From: Octopus vulgaris | Lineage: Eukaryota | Length of the DNA stretch: 64,000 nucleotides | Assembly (NCBI GenBank): GCA_951406725.2 | Contig: OX597817.1 | Span: 94,984,001 to 95,048,000, forward strand | Reading direction: 5' to 3' | Shown: one piece after another, positions 24,827 through 37,250 of the stretch | Layout: each line of letters opens with the position of its first letter | Position numbering within the stretch: position 1 is the first letter of the stretch | Program-made: the position numbers and the translations under genes | The notes under the pieces: model-generated | Told to the model about the DNA's origin: nothing | Database searches by the model: none | The model's input: the letters and a program-made list of their open reading frames with translations, nothing else

Positions 24827-25795
24827 GGAAGACACCGGGGACGTTTAGAAGGAAGACACCGGGGACGTTTAGAAGGAAGACACCGGGGACGTTTAGAAGA
24901 GAAGACACCGGGGACGTTTAAGATGTAAGAAGGAAAATACAGAGCTCCGAAATCTATCCACAAACATCGAAAACAAGGACACCCTATGGAGCCAAAGATT
25001 TACTAACAAAGAATTGGACTATATCCGAGTAAGTAATACGAATTGAAATTTATTACTATTTTCGAAACGAAATGATGTATTTTGACTCGATATTATCTCC
25101 ACCTCTAACACAACACATGTAAACATGCGTGGAACAACATGATCATCTCCGACCTCAAACACCATGTACAAAGGAACTACGAAGAAATTAAATGCCACCG
25201 ATACTATTCAACCCAAGAATAACAATCGAGCGGTACGTACATTAAACCTACAACAAAAAATGTACGAAAAACTACACGTGCGAAATAATGTGACAACAGA
25301 AATAAACGGACCGGTACCCTACGAAAATGACGACCGTCAAAATAATGGGCCGGACGTTGTACCTCATGTCCCGCAATTAAAACCCAAAAGACGTAAATGG
25401 ACACGTGAGGAATACATTTCTATCTTACACGCATACTTCACAGCAATGCTCTACCCACAAAATGAAAATACAACAACACATACATATAAAATATGGAAGG
25501 AAAATAATAGAGATATAGACTTGGATACAGCAATGAACCCTAATAAATTAGCAAACGTACGAAGATACATTCTCAAAGCCAAAAAAATATCAGAAATAAT
25601 TCAGACAAATACATAACAAAAACACCAGGACTTACAAACACATATAACATACAGAAAATTGCACTACTAGGCACTGCACACATCCTACGCAGAACACTTT
25701 CCATACAATAACCATCAAAGCATCACAGCACATACCCAAGGCACACAGAGCTGCGCTCGGTAGTGAAGTGAAAGCACGCTATAAAAATAAAACTA

Positions 25796-25798
<3 letters not shown>
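24826..25798 (+). mobile_element. Internally deleted Dong/R4-clade RLE LINE (5' end joined to 3' end) in (TAA)n
   Basis: Four copies of a 24-bp repeat at the 5' end. The N-terminal ORF 25164-25616 (RRKWTREEY..NKLANVRRYI) is joined near 25600 to the C-terminus (NIQKIALLGTAHILRRTLSIQ*). The 3'UTR matches 30780-30873. Confidence 0.8.
24827..24923 (+). repeat. Four tandem copies of 24-bp GGAAGACACCGGGGACGTTTAGAA
   Basis: Read directly; no spacers between units. Confidence 0.95.
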
Positions 25799-25837
<39 letters not shown>

Positions 25838-25838
<1 letters not shown>

Positions 25839-26340
25839 GCCTGATGCAATACCAGGCCGTAGCTCTCATGGCTTCTCGTCTTAACTTATTGGAAGTGTTA
25901 TCATTTACATTGTTTTGTCTTGGTATAAAATATGGGCTACAGCAAATATTCTGCTCAATTCCCCAAATTTGCTTGTCACTTGTTTGACCTTAACCAGTTG
26001 AGTATGTCCCTCAGTGGCAGACGATATGTGCATCTCTAATCTCGAGCAGATGTAGTGGGAGAGTAGTGTGAGAAGAATTCTTTGGGGTTTGAATAATTCA
26101 CCTTTCGAAACATAGGTGTTCCGTTCATCATCTTGAAACAAACCTTATTCAGGGACCTTTTGAACGGGATAGGCTACTCAACCTGAAGAAAATTCTAACT
26201 GGGTTCCCACCTGCAAGGTCATGCGCTATTTATCTTTATATAAGATCACCATGTCGCGCACTTGTGGTTGTGATGTATGTGTCTGGTGAGCCCTTATCAG
26301 ACGGGTAGTCATGATAGGTATATTGGACTTCGTATAATTG
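25838..26340 (+). mobile_element. Non-coding ~560-bp (TAA)n-associated interspersed repeat, truncated copy
   Basis: Reverse complement of 31524-32083; same orientation as 32277-32760. Confidence 0.85.
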
Positions 26341-26556
26341 CATCAAGGGGAATATAAAGGAAATTGGAATAGAGTGCACAGTAGAACTGTTACAAAAGGT
26401 TTGCCTCTTTGGCACGACCAGAATAATCAGGAAAGCATTAGATCGCCGAAAAGAGCGGTTAACATGGTACCGTAGGCTGCAGGTAGCAAGCCCGCAACGA
26501 ATGCAAGACTCCAGGAGCTCCAACAAAACCTGTGCTAACAAAACCTGTGCTAAAGA

Positions 26557-26558
<2 letters not shown>
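26341..26558 (+). mobile_element. 3' end of a second Dong/R4-like family
   Basis: IKEIGIECTVELLQKVCLFGTTRIIRKALD, then a short UTR and (AAT)n. Confidence 0.6.
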
Positions 26559-26599
<41 letters not shown>

Positions 26600-26727
26600 C
26601 AGCTGGAAACATTACTAGAGACAGTACATGGATTTACCAAAGAAATAAGCATGAAATCTGGCTCAGAAAAATATGCCAAAGCAACCTTGAAAAGAGGGAA
26701 ACTAGTTAAGAGTAGCAACATTACACT

Positions 26728-29460
26728 TGTAGTGATCCTATAACGGCGCGCGCTCGCGCACCGTCCATTTGTATTTCGCGCGTGTTGGTGCCTTTACCAA
26801 GGCAGAGAGAGGAAGGGCCCTCTCGCGCATGCGCGAAGCACCGGAAGAAGAACCCTTTTGCCTACGTAGCAGTTAGCCGAGGCAAGGGGGTCGTAAGACG
26901 TTGACCACCAGCGTCCAGCAGCAGCGGCGACTTGGGAAGGCAGCGACGAAGGAGACGGACGTGTATTCTCGCTGTCCAGCTTTGATAGCAGTCGGCCGAA
27001 AGCTTTTAACCAAATTGTTGCCGACCACATTCAACTTCCCTGTTCGACGCCATCTTGAACCCGTTCTGGTTTTAGCGGCTGAATATTGTAAATATTACAA
27101 TCGATTAACTTTCAGCCTTGCGCGCCCCGAACCAAGGACATCAGATAACCACTTATTGTTATTGTTACCAAGAAAGAGAATAAAGTAGTATATATATATA
27201 TTTTACGTCTGCGTCTTGTTTCTGACTGGTAGAATTCTGGATTATTAAAGCAACGGCTAGTGATTGCTTTCTTGTACGCCAAAAGTGCAAGAGAAGATAT
27301 TCACTCACGAAGTTCGTTACAGTGGTGACCCCCCGACGTGATTCTGGTCTAAAACCAGAGATCACTTAACAACAAAGAAATCCAGTTTTTCTGCGAAGTC
27401 GGAACACGATTTAACTCTACGCATTCATCTTTCGACGATTTGTTTCCGGCCACTACAAACAGTTGTAGAAGGAGCCTCTTTCTTATTCTACAGCCATGAT
27501 GACGGACGCCATCATATATTCGATGCCTTTTCTCCACCTTCGTCATCGCCATCGTCGTCTTTCTACTTCACGTCGTCGCTATCTTCGTCGCCATCATCAC
27601 TAAGAACGATGTTGTCTCAAGTCCACTACAGTCGCCTTCCTCCACCACCGTCGCCTTTCAACACCGTCGACCTCCACAAGATGTACATAGCAACTCGCGG
27701 AACTTTAGCGTGCACGCTGTATGTGCATATGCACACCAAGGATAAACAGCACCGTCTATCTACGAGATTCTTCTGTTCCAGTTAACCTGTCACAGCATCG
27801 AAGCCACAACCGTTACACGATATGTGTTCAACCGGCATCTGCATTTTGTGATTTCAACATTTCTGTTACAGAACGAACTGCTATTGTGCTTCAGGCTATT
27901 ACAGACTGGTAAATTAACTCTTGTCTGGAATAGCCCCGAGAGACATTTTTTTCTATGCGCTGTATTTTTTGTATTTTGCTCGCATTCACCTTGTATGTAT
28001 TTCTGTCGCACACACGTACACACACATAAATGCTCTCTCTCACATACATACGTCACACATGCTTTTCTCGCTTGTTTTTTCCATGCTAAATTTGCCTTTT
28101 GTGGACACACCTCATGTCTATAGACCCTAGCGGTCACGTATACATAGAGAGGGTTGTTTGTCCATTATAACGCGCCAGCATGTCATACCTTTGTTCCTGT
28201 ACGAACGAGGCATATAATCGCTCAACCACTGGCATATTCTTGCTGTTTTTTGGTCTGGCAAGCACTATTGCATTTCATGCGCCTTGCTTCGCACGTGTAT
28301 TGCCTTGTTTTTGCAACACGTTTGCGTTAGCTCAAATCTTTTCCCGACTCATAGGACGTCGGATGTTCACATGCGCTGCGCCATGTTTAGGCGTAATTAT
28401 TTTTCCCTGTTAGACCACTGTTGGTCACGTAATTAACAGAAAATTATCTGTGTCGCGCATCACACCAGCATGTTTGCACTTTTGCCTTTTGTGTTACTAG
28501 CGAGCTTCTGTCAATTCCATTTCCTCTCCTGCAGCAATTGATTTAACTGCTATTTTGCAGGATTAACCACCTTTAGAGAAGTTGGATTTAATTTCGCCTA
28601 GGTTCATTGACTGTGAGTTTTGCTTTCCCTCCGCTTCCTACAGCGGAAGGCTCTATACTTTGTGACGTATACACTTTCATGCATGCACTCTTGATTTTTG
28701 CTCATTGAGTATTTTTTCTCTTTTTCCTTTAGTAAACTTCTTGTGTATGTTATAAATTTTGCCATTATATTATTGTGTGCTATTTGGTTATCTGGTGTCT
28801 ACCTTGAGTTTTGCAGTCACTACAATAAGTTTCCTTTCGTGCGTACGCACTGGAGGGGAGCCTTGTAGTGATCCTATAACGGCGCGCGCTCGCGCACCGT
28901 CCATTTGTATTTCGCGCGTGTTGGTGCCTTTACCAAGGTAGAGAGAGGAAGGGCCCTCTCGCGCATGCGCGAAGCACCGGAAGAAGAACCCTTTTGCCTA
29001 CGTAGCAGTTAGCCGAGGCAAGGGGGTCGTAAGACGTTGACCACCAGCGTCCAGCAGCAGCGGCGACTTGGGACGGCAGCGACGAAGGAGACGGACGTGT
29101 ATTCTCGCTGTCCAGCTTTGATAGCAGTCGGCCGAAAGCTTTTAACCAAATTATTGCCGACCACATTCAACTTCCCTGTTCGACGCCATCTTGAACCCGT
29201 TCTGGTTTTAGCGGCTGAATATTGTAAATATTACAATCGATTAACTTTCAGCCTTGCGCGCCCCGAACCAAGGACATCAGATAACCACTTATTGTTATTG
29301 TTACCAAGAAAGAGAATAAAGTAGTATATATATATATTTTACGTCTGCGTCTTGTTGTTTCTGACTGGTAGAATTCTGGATTATTAAAGCAACGGCTAGT
29401 GATTGCTTTCTTGTACCCCGAAAGTACAAGAGAAGATATTCACTCATTAAGTTCGTTACA
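26728..29460 (+). mobile_element. Non-autonomous LTR retroelement (2733 bp)
   Basis: LTRs 26728-27321 and 28864-29460 (TGTA..TACA; about 8 substitutions and one 3-bp indel by eye). TSD CACT at 26724-27 and 29461-64. PBS follows LTR1 and PPT GGAGGGGAG precedes LTR2. No gag/pol motifs recognised. Confidence 0.93.
27323..27344 (+). other. Primer-binding site complementary to tRNA-Trp 3' end
   Basis: TGGTGACCCCCCGACGTGATTC vs the known tRNA-Trp PBS TGGTGACCCCGACGTGAT (two extra C). Confidence 0.85.
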
Positions 29461-30890
29461 CACTAGATAAAGCAAATGAAATAAGAGAATTAGACTAAAG
29501 CCAAACATTCAGATACTTAGGAATCAATGAACTAGATACGATACAACGCACACAAATAAAAGAGAAGATAGAAACCGGAATGCTATAGACGAGCCAGATT
29601 AATACTGAAAACAGAGCTCAAGGCAAAAGAAAAAACAAGATAATAGCCATCCCAGTTATAAGTTACAGCTGCAATATTTTTAACTGGACTCTAAATGAAC
29701 TAATCAAAATAGACAGGAAAACAAGAAAGATAATGACAGGATTTAGGATGCACCACCCAAAATCCGACATATGCAACGAAGATGGTACATATCTTATACA
29801 GTTAGAAAGCTATTACAAAATAACCACCATAGAACTACAGAAATACCTACTTCAGAAGTGAGGAAAATTAATACAAATAGTCACAAAATACGAACAAAAC
29901 AAAAATCTCTTTTCAGTTTTTAAGGAAGCTGACAAATACAAAAGAGAAGTTATAGTACCTAACAGCTATGAAGAAAAAGAAGAAACAACAAAAGCTGTAA
30001 AACAACTGAAATCCAAACTAAAACTGGAACAGAAACGGATCTTGATAAAACGATAGCAAGAAAAGCTCCTTCATGGCAAATATTGGGTTAAACTAAACAG
30101 GAAAGAAATAGACAAAGCAAAATCCCAACAATCACTGAGAAGCTCAGGACTCAAAGCAGAGATTGAAGGATTTTTAATTGCAGCACAAGATCAAAGCCTC
30201 CCCACCAAAAATTACCAAAAACATGTAATGAAAAGAAATACAAGTAACTGTAGAATATGTGGAGATAGAGAAAAAACAATAAATCATATTGTCTCTGGCT
30301 GCCCAGTCCTGGCTAGAGTTGAGACCTATATATAATGGAAGCTATGCCAACACTATGGAATAACAACAGAAAAAAGATGGTATAGGCATATGCCAGGAAA
30401 GGTCACAGAAAATGAGAAAGCAACCATACTCTGGGATATGCCAATACACACAGGTAGAGAAATTAAGGCCAGTAAACCGGATATTGTTGTCTGAGGTCAC
30501 CAAGAGAAAAATGCTTTTTAATCGATGTATCAACACTAACAGATGATAATGTTTCTCTAAAAGAAACGGAGAAACTTTCAAAATACAAAGATCTGGAAAT
30601 ACAGGTAACTCGAATGTTGAGTATACAAACAGAAACAATTCCTATCATAGTAGGCGCATTAGGTATGTTAATGAAAATATTCAGACAAATATATAACAAA
30701 AACATGTATATATAACAGAGAAAATGGCACTACTAGGCAGGGCACACATCCTACGTAAAACACTTTCAATACACTAAAAATAAGAGCATCACAACAAACT
30801 ACAGTACATACTCAAGGCACACAGAGCTGCACTCAGTAGGGCATTGAAAGCACGTCATAAAAATAAGATTACTTAATAATAATAATAGTG

Positions 30891-30922
<32 letters not shown>

Positions 30923-30980
30923 GATGATGATGACGACGACGACAACGACGATGATTATTATTATTATTATTATTATTATT

Positions 30981-31505
30981 GCCCCGCCGACCTCCTTTAA
31001 CAAGGAGGGCGTGGCCGTTTTCTTGTGCCTAGTGGCTGTGGCGAAAGAGGTTGTATGGTGGACCCGTTTGAAAGGGCTAAAGTCAGACACTTTCCTCTTT
31101 GGTCAAGACCTCATCAACTTTTTCAAGTTTCACTTGAAAAGGAAGATGAGGTTAGAGAGGAGAGTGCTGTCCGATAGCAAGTTTTCTGAAAGGTGGGTGA
31201 ATTGTGCGAGAATGGCCAGTATAAATGGACCCGTTCTCAGGTTTCGCCTGTGATTCAAAAAGGTACTATCAAAGGAGAAAAGGGACTCTCTACCCCGCTT
31301 TTTGACCAGGCTCGCGTTGGCTTTTATGGGGTTTTTTCCACCAGGAACCTTTCGAAGTTTTTCGTTGTTATATTATTTGATTGTTACACTGTTTTTACAC
31401 GATTTTTTCACAAACGAACAAAACCCTTTGTAACTTTTCGTCCTATTTTGTCCCTTTATGTTTTCTAATCATGTGTGTCAGTCCTTGTGGCCAATAAAAA
31501 GAATT
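30981..31505 (+). mobile_element. 3' fragment of a Tx1 sister family embedded in (ATT)n
   Basis: PPTSFNKEGVAVFLCLVAVAKEVVWWTR..FHLKRKMRLE matches the C-terminus of ORF 13096-15159. Ends tgtggccaataaaaagaa + (ATT)n, with (ATT)n also upstream. Confidence 0.85.
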
Positions 31506-31523
31506 AATTATTATTATTATTAT

Positions 31524-32211
31524 TGAGTGAGAGAGCAGTGCATGCCATCAAAGTGACACTGGGGTAAAATATACGAAGCCCAATATACCCATCATGACTA
31601 CCCGTCTGATAAGGGTACACCAGGCACATGCATCACAACCATATGTGCGCGACATGGTGATCTCATATCAAGATAAACAGCACATGACCTTGCAGGTGGG
31701 GCCCAGTTAGAATTTTCTTCAGGTTGAGTAGCCCATCCCGCTCAAAAGGTCCCTGAATAAGGGTTGTTTAAGGATGTTGAAAGAACCACCCATGTTTCCA
31801 GAGGTGAATTATTCAAACCCCAAAGAATCCCTCTCAACACATGGCTATGATGCTCCCCCACTACTTCTGCTCGTGATCAGAGATGCACATATCGTCAGCC
31901 ACTAAGGGACATGCTCAACTGGTTAAGGTCAAACAACTGACAAGCAAATCTGTGGTATTGAGCAGAATATTTGCTGTAGCCCATCTTTTATACCAAGACA
32001 AAACAATGTACATGATAACACTTCCAATCAGTTAAGATCAGAAGTCATGAGAGCCACTGCCTGGTACTGCATCAGGGCATTTATTTGGTATTGAGCAGAA
32101 TATTTGCTGTAGCCCATCTTTTATACCAAGACAAAACAATGTACATGATAACACTTCCAATCAGTTAAGATCAGAAGCCATGAGAGCCACTGCCTGGTAC
32201 TGCATCAGGGC

Positions 32212-32214
<3 letters not shown>
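31524..32214 (-). mobile_element. Full copy of the ~560-bp (TAA)n-associated repeat plus a ~130-bp tandem duplication
   Basis: Flanked by (ATT)n on both sides; 31953-32083 is repeated at 32087-32214. Strand assigned relative to the other copies. Confidence 0.85.
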
Positions 32215-32274
<60 letters not shown>

Positions 32275-32276
32275 AA

Positions 32277-32760
32277 ATGTCCTGATGCAATACCAGGCAG
32301 TGGCTCTCATGGCTTCTGATCTTAACTGGTTGGAAGTGTTATGTACATCGTTTTGTCTTGGTATAAAAGATGGGCTACAGCAAATATTCTGCTCAATACC
32401 ACAGATTTGCTTGTCACTTGTTTGACCTTAACCAGTTGAGCATGTCCCTTAGTGGCTGACGATGTGTGCATCTCTGATCACGAACAGAAGTAGTAGGGGG
32501 AGCATCATAGCCATGTGTTGAGAGGGATTCTTTGGGGTTTGAATAATTCACCTCTGGAAACATGGGTGTTTCGTTCAACATCCTTAAACAACCCTTATTC
32601 AGGGACCTTTTGAGCGGGATAGGCTACTCGACCAGAAGAAAATTCTAACTGGGCCCCACCTGCAAGGTCATGTGCTGTTTATCTTTTTATAAGATCACCA
32701 TGTCGCGCACATATGGTTGTGATGCATGTGCCTAGTGTACCCTTATCAGACGGGTAGTCA
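32277..32760 (+). mobile_element. Truncated copy of the ~560-bp repeat, inverted relative to 31524-32214
   Basis: Reverse-complement match to ~31595-32083. Confidence 0.85.
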
Positions 32761-33022
32761 GAAACATTTGGACAACATCCCAGGAAAAACATGTCTCAGA
32801 CAAATTCAAAAGATTGTGCTAACAAGTACTGCCAACATCCTTAGAAAAATCTTATCGATTTAAATGTCTGTGTTGTATTACATGAAGATATTTCGCTACT
32901 ATCCCTACCACTTCCCCTCCTCAAGCTTTCATTCATCCTGTGACATCGCTTATCCTTCACTCGCCCTAGGACTCTGTGTGTGTCTCGGCAAGTGACTGTA
33001 ACAAACATGCAGATTAGAAGTA
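32761..33022 (+). mobile_element. 3' end of a third Dong/R4-like family
   Basis: KHLDNIPGKTCLRQIQKIVLTSTANILRKILSI*, then a UTR and (TAA)n at 33023-33086. Confidence 0.7.
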
Positions 33023-33086
<64 letters not shown>

Positions 33087-33088
<2 letters not shown>

Positions 33089-33516
33089 TTTAACATTCAT
33101 TGTGGAACTTTAACATTCAGACTGACAGAGTAATAGAAGCTAGAAGCCTGATTTAGTAGTAGTAGATATAGAGAATAGAAAGTACCAGACAATTGACTTT
33201 ACAGTCCCAAATGATAAGAAAATCAATGAGAGGTATAGAGGAAATAGCAAAGTACCAGGACCTAGCCATTGAATTACAGATACCATGAAAAGTGTGGGTA
33301 GAATATATCCCAGTAGTTATAAGTGCATTAGGAGCTATCCCTCAAGATTTGAACAGATGGGTAAAAGAAATAGGTGTAAAACCTAGTTTAGTACAGTTCC
33401 ATAAAACAGTGTTAATAGGGACGGATAGGATACTTAGGAGGGTTCTCGGCATCTAAGGTTACTTGTTGTAGCCCGATGTTAGGAATTTTTCTTTTCCAAC
33501 AATTTAATCTGTTGTG
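33087..33516 (+). mobile_element. 3' fragment (RLE domain) of a fourth Dong/R4-like family
   Basis: WNFNIQTDRVIEAR..PDLVVVD..IDFTVP..KYQDLAIEL..IPVVISALG..KTVLIGTDRILRRVLGI*, followed by (AAG)n(TAG)n. Confidence 0.75.
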
Positions 33517-34964
33517 AGAAGAAGAAGAAGTAGTAGTAGTTCTTTAGCTTGTAATGGTGTTTAGCCTTGATAGAGAAACCTATAATCAAAGGTATTGCAG
33601 CCGTGACATTCCCATCGAGTAATATGGAAATATGTTTGTAATGTGTCCTTCTCTTTGTAAGATGGTAGGGTGTAATCTAATGGAGATTTGTTTGCTATAT
33701 CTAACAGGTGTAGTGACTACATAGATGTGCCTTAATTGGCTTGTACCTAACAAAAGTGAATCTGTGAGTCAAGCAAACACTTCACAATTCAGTCTCAGTT
33801 GAATGATTCAGTCATTAACATCACCAAGCTGTGTTTGTTCGTTTGTATAAATGTGTATGTATGTGTATGTTAACGTTTACGTGCATATGATTGTGTGTTG
33901 ATTAATGTTTGTACACGTTAAAAAAGAAAGGGAGTTTCTGTGCATCCTACTGGCTGCACACTCCCTTATACAAAGTGCTGGCTAAATTCCTTGAAGTGCA
34001 ACTTTGCTACTAATATGATATCCACCCGCCAACATGACAAACCTCACGAGGCACATGTATCCACCGTCTGTACCCCTAGTCTCCAAGCTTTTCTATTCCT
34101 TTCGTCCTAACTATATGAAAAACATCTAAATTATATACTTTTCAATATATTGATTTCCACAGTATTTAAACTCAAGACGTAGAATACAAAATTTACTCAG
34201 ATAGACTGTTGGTTCTCCAGCCAAGCCAAGTTGTTGCTAGAAAAGCCAAGGATTTGAGTCACCCTGTCGTCTGGCATTGAATCAAATTTGAAAGACTCTA
34301 TGTAAATAATATGAAAAGGATTAGTGTTGAGAAATGCGAAACATTTGCAAACAAAATAAAAATAAAAATGTTTGTCTTGATAACATTTTAGCCGAAGATT
34401 AATAGGAATAGCGGAAAGAGTTGGGAGATATATGATTTACTAATAACTGGAAATAACACCTTCATGAGGTGGTAGGAGTGTGGTGGTGATGGTGATGGTT
34501 GTGGTGGGGGATCCTGCTGATGGTGGAGTTGGGGCAATTGTGATAGTGGTGCTTGCGGTGATGATGGTGGAGATGGTGATGGTAGTGGTAGTAATGGTGA
34601 AGTTAGTGGTAGTGGTGGTGATGGTAGTGGTGGGGGCGGGTAGTAGTGAAGATGGTGGTAGTATAATTTCTTACACATTCACATGCTTTCTATACCCTTA
34701 CCCTACTCTTTTACTCCCTCGCTCCGTCCCTCCTCCATTTCCCCGCCGCTCTCACCATTACTATGTTAGCTTTCCTCATCACCACCACCACCGACCGGCA
34801 AGTGAGTTGTAGAGTAGGTTTGATCCAGTAATGACGTGTTTCGACGTGAACACCTCACCGATGTTATATCAGAGTTGACTTTAGCGTTTCTAACAAAGTT
34901 AAATAATCGTTTGATTGGGGAAAGAGACGAGGGGAGGTGTTTATGTTGGTGTGGATAGTATGTA

Positions 34965-35415
34965 TGTATTAGTATGTGTGTGTGTGTGTGTGTTTAACCA
35001 AACGCGCGCGCGCAATGACATACCCTAATTTCTTTTTTTATCTGATACATACATGTACTTGCATACACACACATATATATTCATATATATGTACATTATA
35101 TTTATGCATGCATACATATGCACACATACTTACATGCATGCATACATACATACGTACATACAAACATACATACGTAAATACATACATATATACATACATA
35201 CATACATACATACATACATACATACATACATACGTACGTACGTACATACGTACATACGTACATACATACATACATACATACATACATACATACATACATA
35301 CATACATGCATACATACATACATACATACATACATACATACATACATACATACATACATACATACATACATACATACATACATACATGCCTGGATGTATA
35401 CATGCAAGTATGTAT
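34965..35415. repeat. (CATA)n-dominated microsatellite
   Basis: Read directly. Confidence 0.95.
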
Positions 35416-36049
35416 ATATGTCCCTCAAGTTACTAAAATCACCACAACACCACCAAAAAAAAGGGGTCAGCAAACCAGTAAATCCTTCCTTCGAGAAAAC
35501 TGCGAAAACCATAAAACCGCAACCAAATCTAAAGCCATAACGATATTTTGAGATAGAACTGTAGCCGTCGCACAGACAGGTGGTAACAACTTACAAGCTT
35601 ATAGAAATGATCGAATATTATAAACAACTGAAAACACAAATCACAAAGAGATTTAAGTAGAACATTAGTATATCCTTTGATAAATCATTGCATGAAAGAA
35701 CGATCATAACACAAGTCGTAAGAGAACTTGCTGATCTAAAGTTACCCTTCGTATCTATAGTTCACTAAAGACCACCTAGAATAAATTGAAGCTCTTAGTT
35801 CTTGGACATTGAATGACCTACTGTACTTGCAGTTACCATTCGCCAACATAGATTGACCAATGCTCCTCTCCAGAAAAATGACGATAGACTCAGGAAAAAT
35901 ATCGAGCAATTGGTTATCATTATTAAGTGCAAAGTGAATTATGAATTCACGAGCCACTAACTGCGACTCTATAATAAATCTACATGAACTACCGATTAGA
36001 GATGCTCATGGATTAAGCCTTCAACACAAACTACCAGTTGTTCGTCAAA

Positions 36050-37250
36050 TGGTTTGTCGCGAAATTATAAAAATGTAGGTCTATCAGCTGTAAGTTTACA
36101 ATAAACCCACTAACTGTATACCACAGCATAGAATGTTAGATCATCAGATTTATAAAAGCTCCACTTCAAGGTGATATATAGTCATTCTGGAGGAGTAAAC
36201 TGGAATGTATGTAAACTGCGCAACTATGATGTGTAGCTAAGGTCTTACAGAGTGAGCAATGCGCAAACATTTCTCAAAAAAATATAACACCAATTATATC
36301 TCTAAACGGTTATTGTAAAAACTACCGAATGGAAAAACATCTTAGAAAAAGTCGGCTATTGGAACAGATACTCAACTATTGGTACAGAAAGCTCAAGTTC
36401 TACAGAGAAACTCTCATCAACTTGTTGAAAAGAACAATGCGCGCTGAAGTCGATGTTCAAATTAGTTACCAGTTTCATGTACAACACTTGCAGCATAATC
36501 TTTCTTAGAACCAAGAGATACGGGTAGCCAAAAACTACAGGTCCAGAACATGCTTTGATTTTGTTTAAACTGTACAAAAGTTACTTGAAATTGTTTCTAC
36601 AAAATTACTGGGAAACAAATTACTTTATTTATGACTGATGAAGAGCCGAGAGGAAAGAAAGGAGTCTGTGGCTGTGTTTAAGGAAGCGCAACATCATCAA
36701 AGGTTACTGACTGTATTATTAGATTCTAATAAAAGAAGATATTTGTCTCTCATTCAAAGATACTAAAATCACTCTGCATTGGCTATAGTCAGTACCATTA
36801 AAAGACTAATAACAACATGGTTCAAACAGTTATAGATAAGAAGTGAAGTCACAACTGGAGTCACAAGCAGAATTAGATTATCGACTGGAATATTTCGGAT
36901 TGACAGCTTATCTGTTATGCTGCTCAGCCTTGCAGTGAACACATGTCGGCTCTATTAGGGAAATGCAAGGTTGCACTTTAAGATTTTCGGAGAAGAGAAA
37001 ATATAATGTCGCCCATATTTATTGATGATATTAAGTTGTTTCAGTAATACTCACGACACCATGAGACAGAACTGATCACATATTTCTCACGAGACATAGA
37101 AATAGGGTTTGGTCAAATTAAATGTTCGTATTTGATGGTTAAATCTAGTAAAAAAAACACATTGGCCTGTCCTACTCCCCAATCTCTTGTGATGAATACT
37201 ACAAGTATTCCAAAATTGATGCTCACGTGGATCTATAAATGAAGTTAGAT
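36050..37250 (+). pseudogene. Highly degraded R4/Dong-like RT remnant
   Basis: A GIFRIDSLSVMLLSLAVN-like segment at ~36887 (cf. GIFQGDSLS) and an FIDDIKLF segment at ~37018. Boundaries uncertain. Confidence 0.5.

Larger units (their letters stand above)
26597..30873 (+). mobile_element. 5'-truncated Dong/R4-clade LINE (RT end, CCHC, RLE), interrupted by an LTR element
   Basis: QLETLLETVHGFTKEISMK..SSNITL continues as LDKANEIRELD after the insertion. Also LKAEIEGFLIAAQDQSL, CRICGDREKTINHIVSGC and ILWDMPIHT..KPDIVV..FLIDVS. (TAA)n on both sides. Confidence 0.88.

Noticed and set aside
24827-24923. 24-bp direct repeats resembling a CRISPR array
   Set aside because: No spacers between units, eukaryotic context and no cas genes; it is a tandem repeat at a LINE 5' end.
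26794-29324. Duplicated 78-aa and 95-aa ORFs
   Set aside because: They lie inside the two LTR copies and are duplicated only because the LTRs are; no protein motifs recognised.
36635-36672. CTGATGA...GAAA..GTC hammerhead-like words
   Set aside because: No stem I, II or III pairing; lies within a degraded LINE region.
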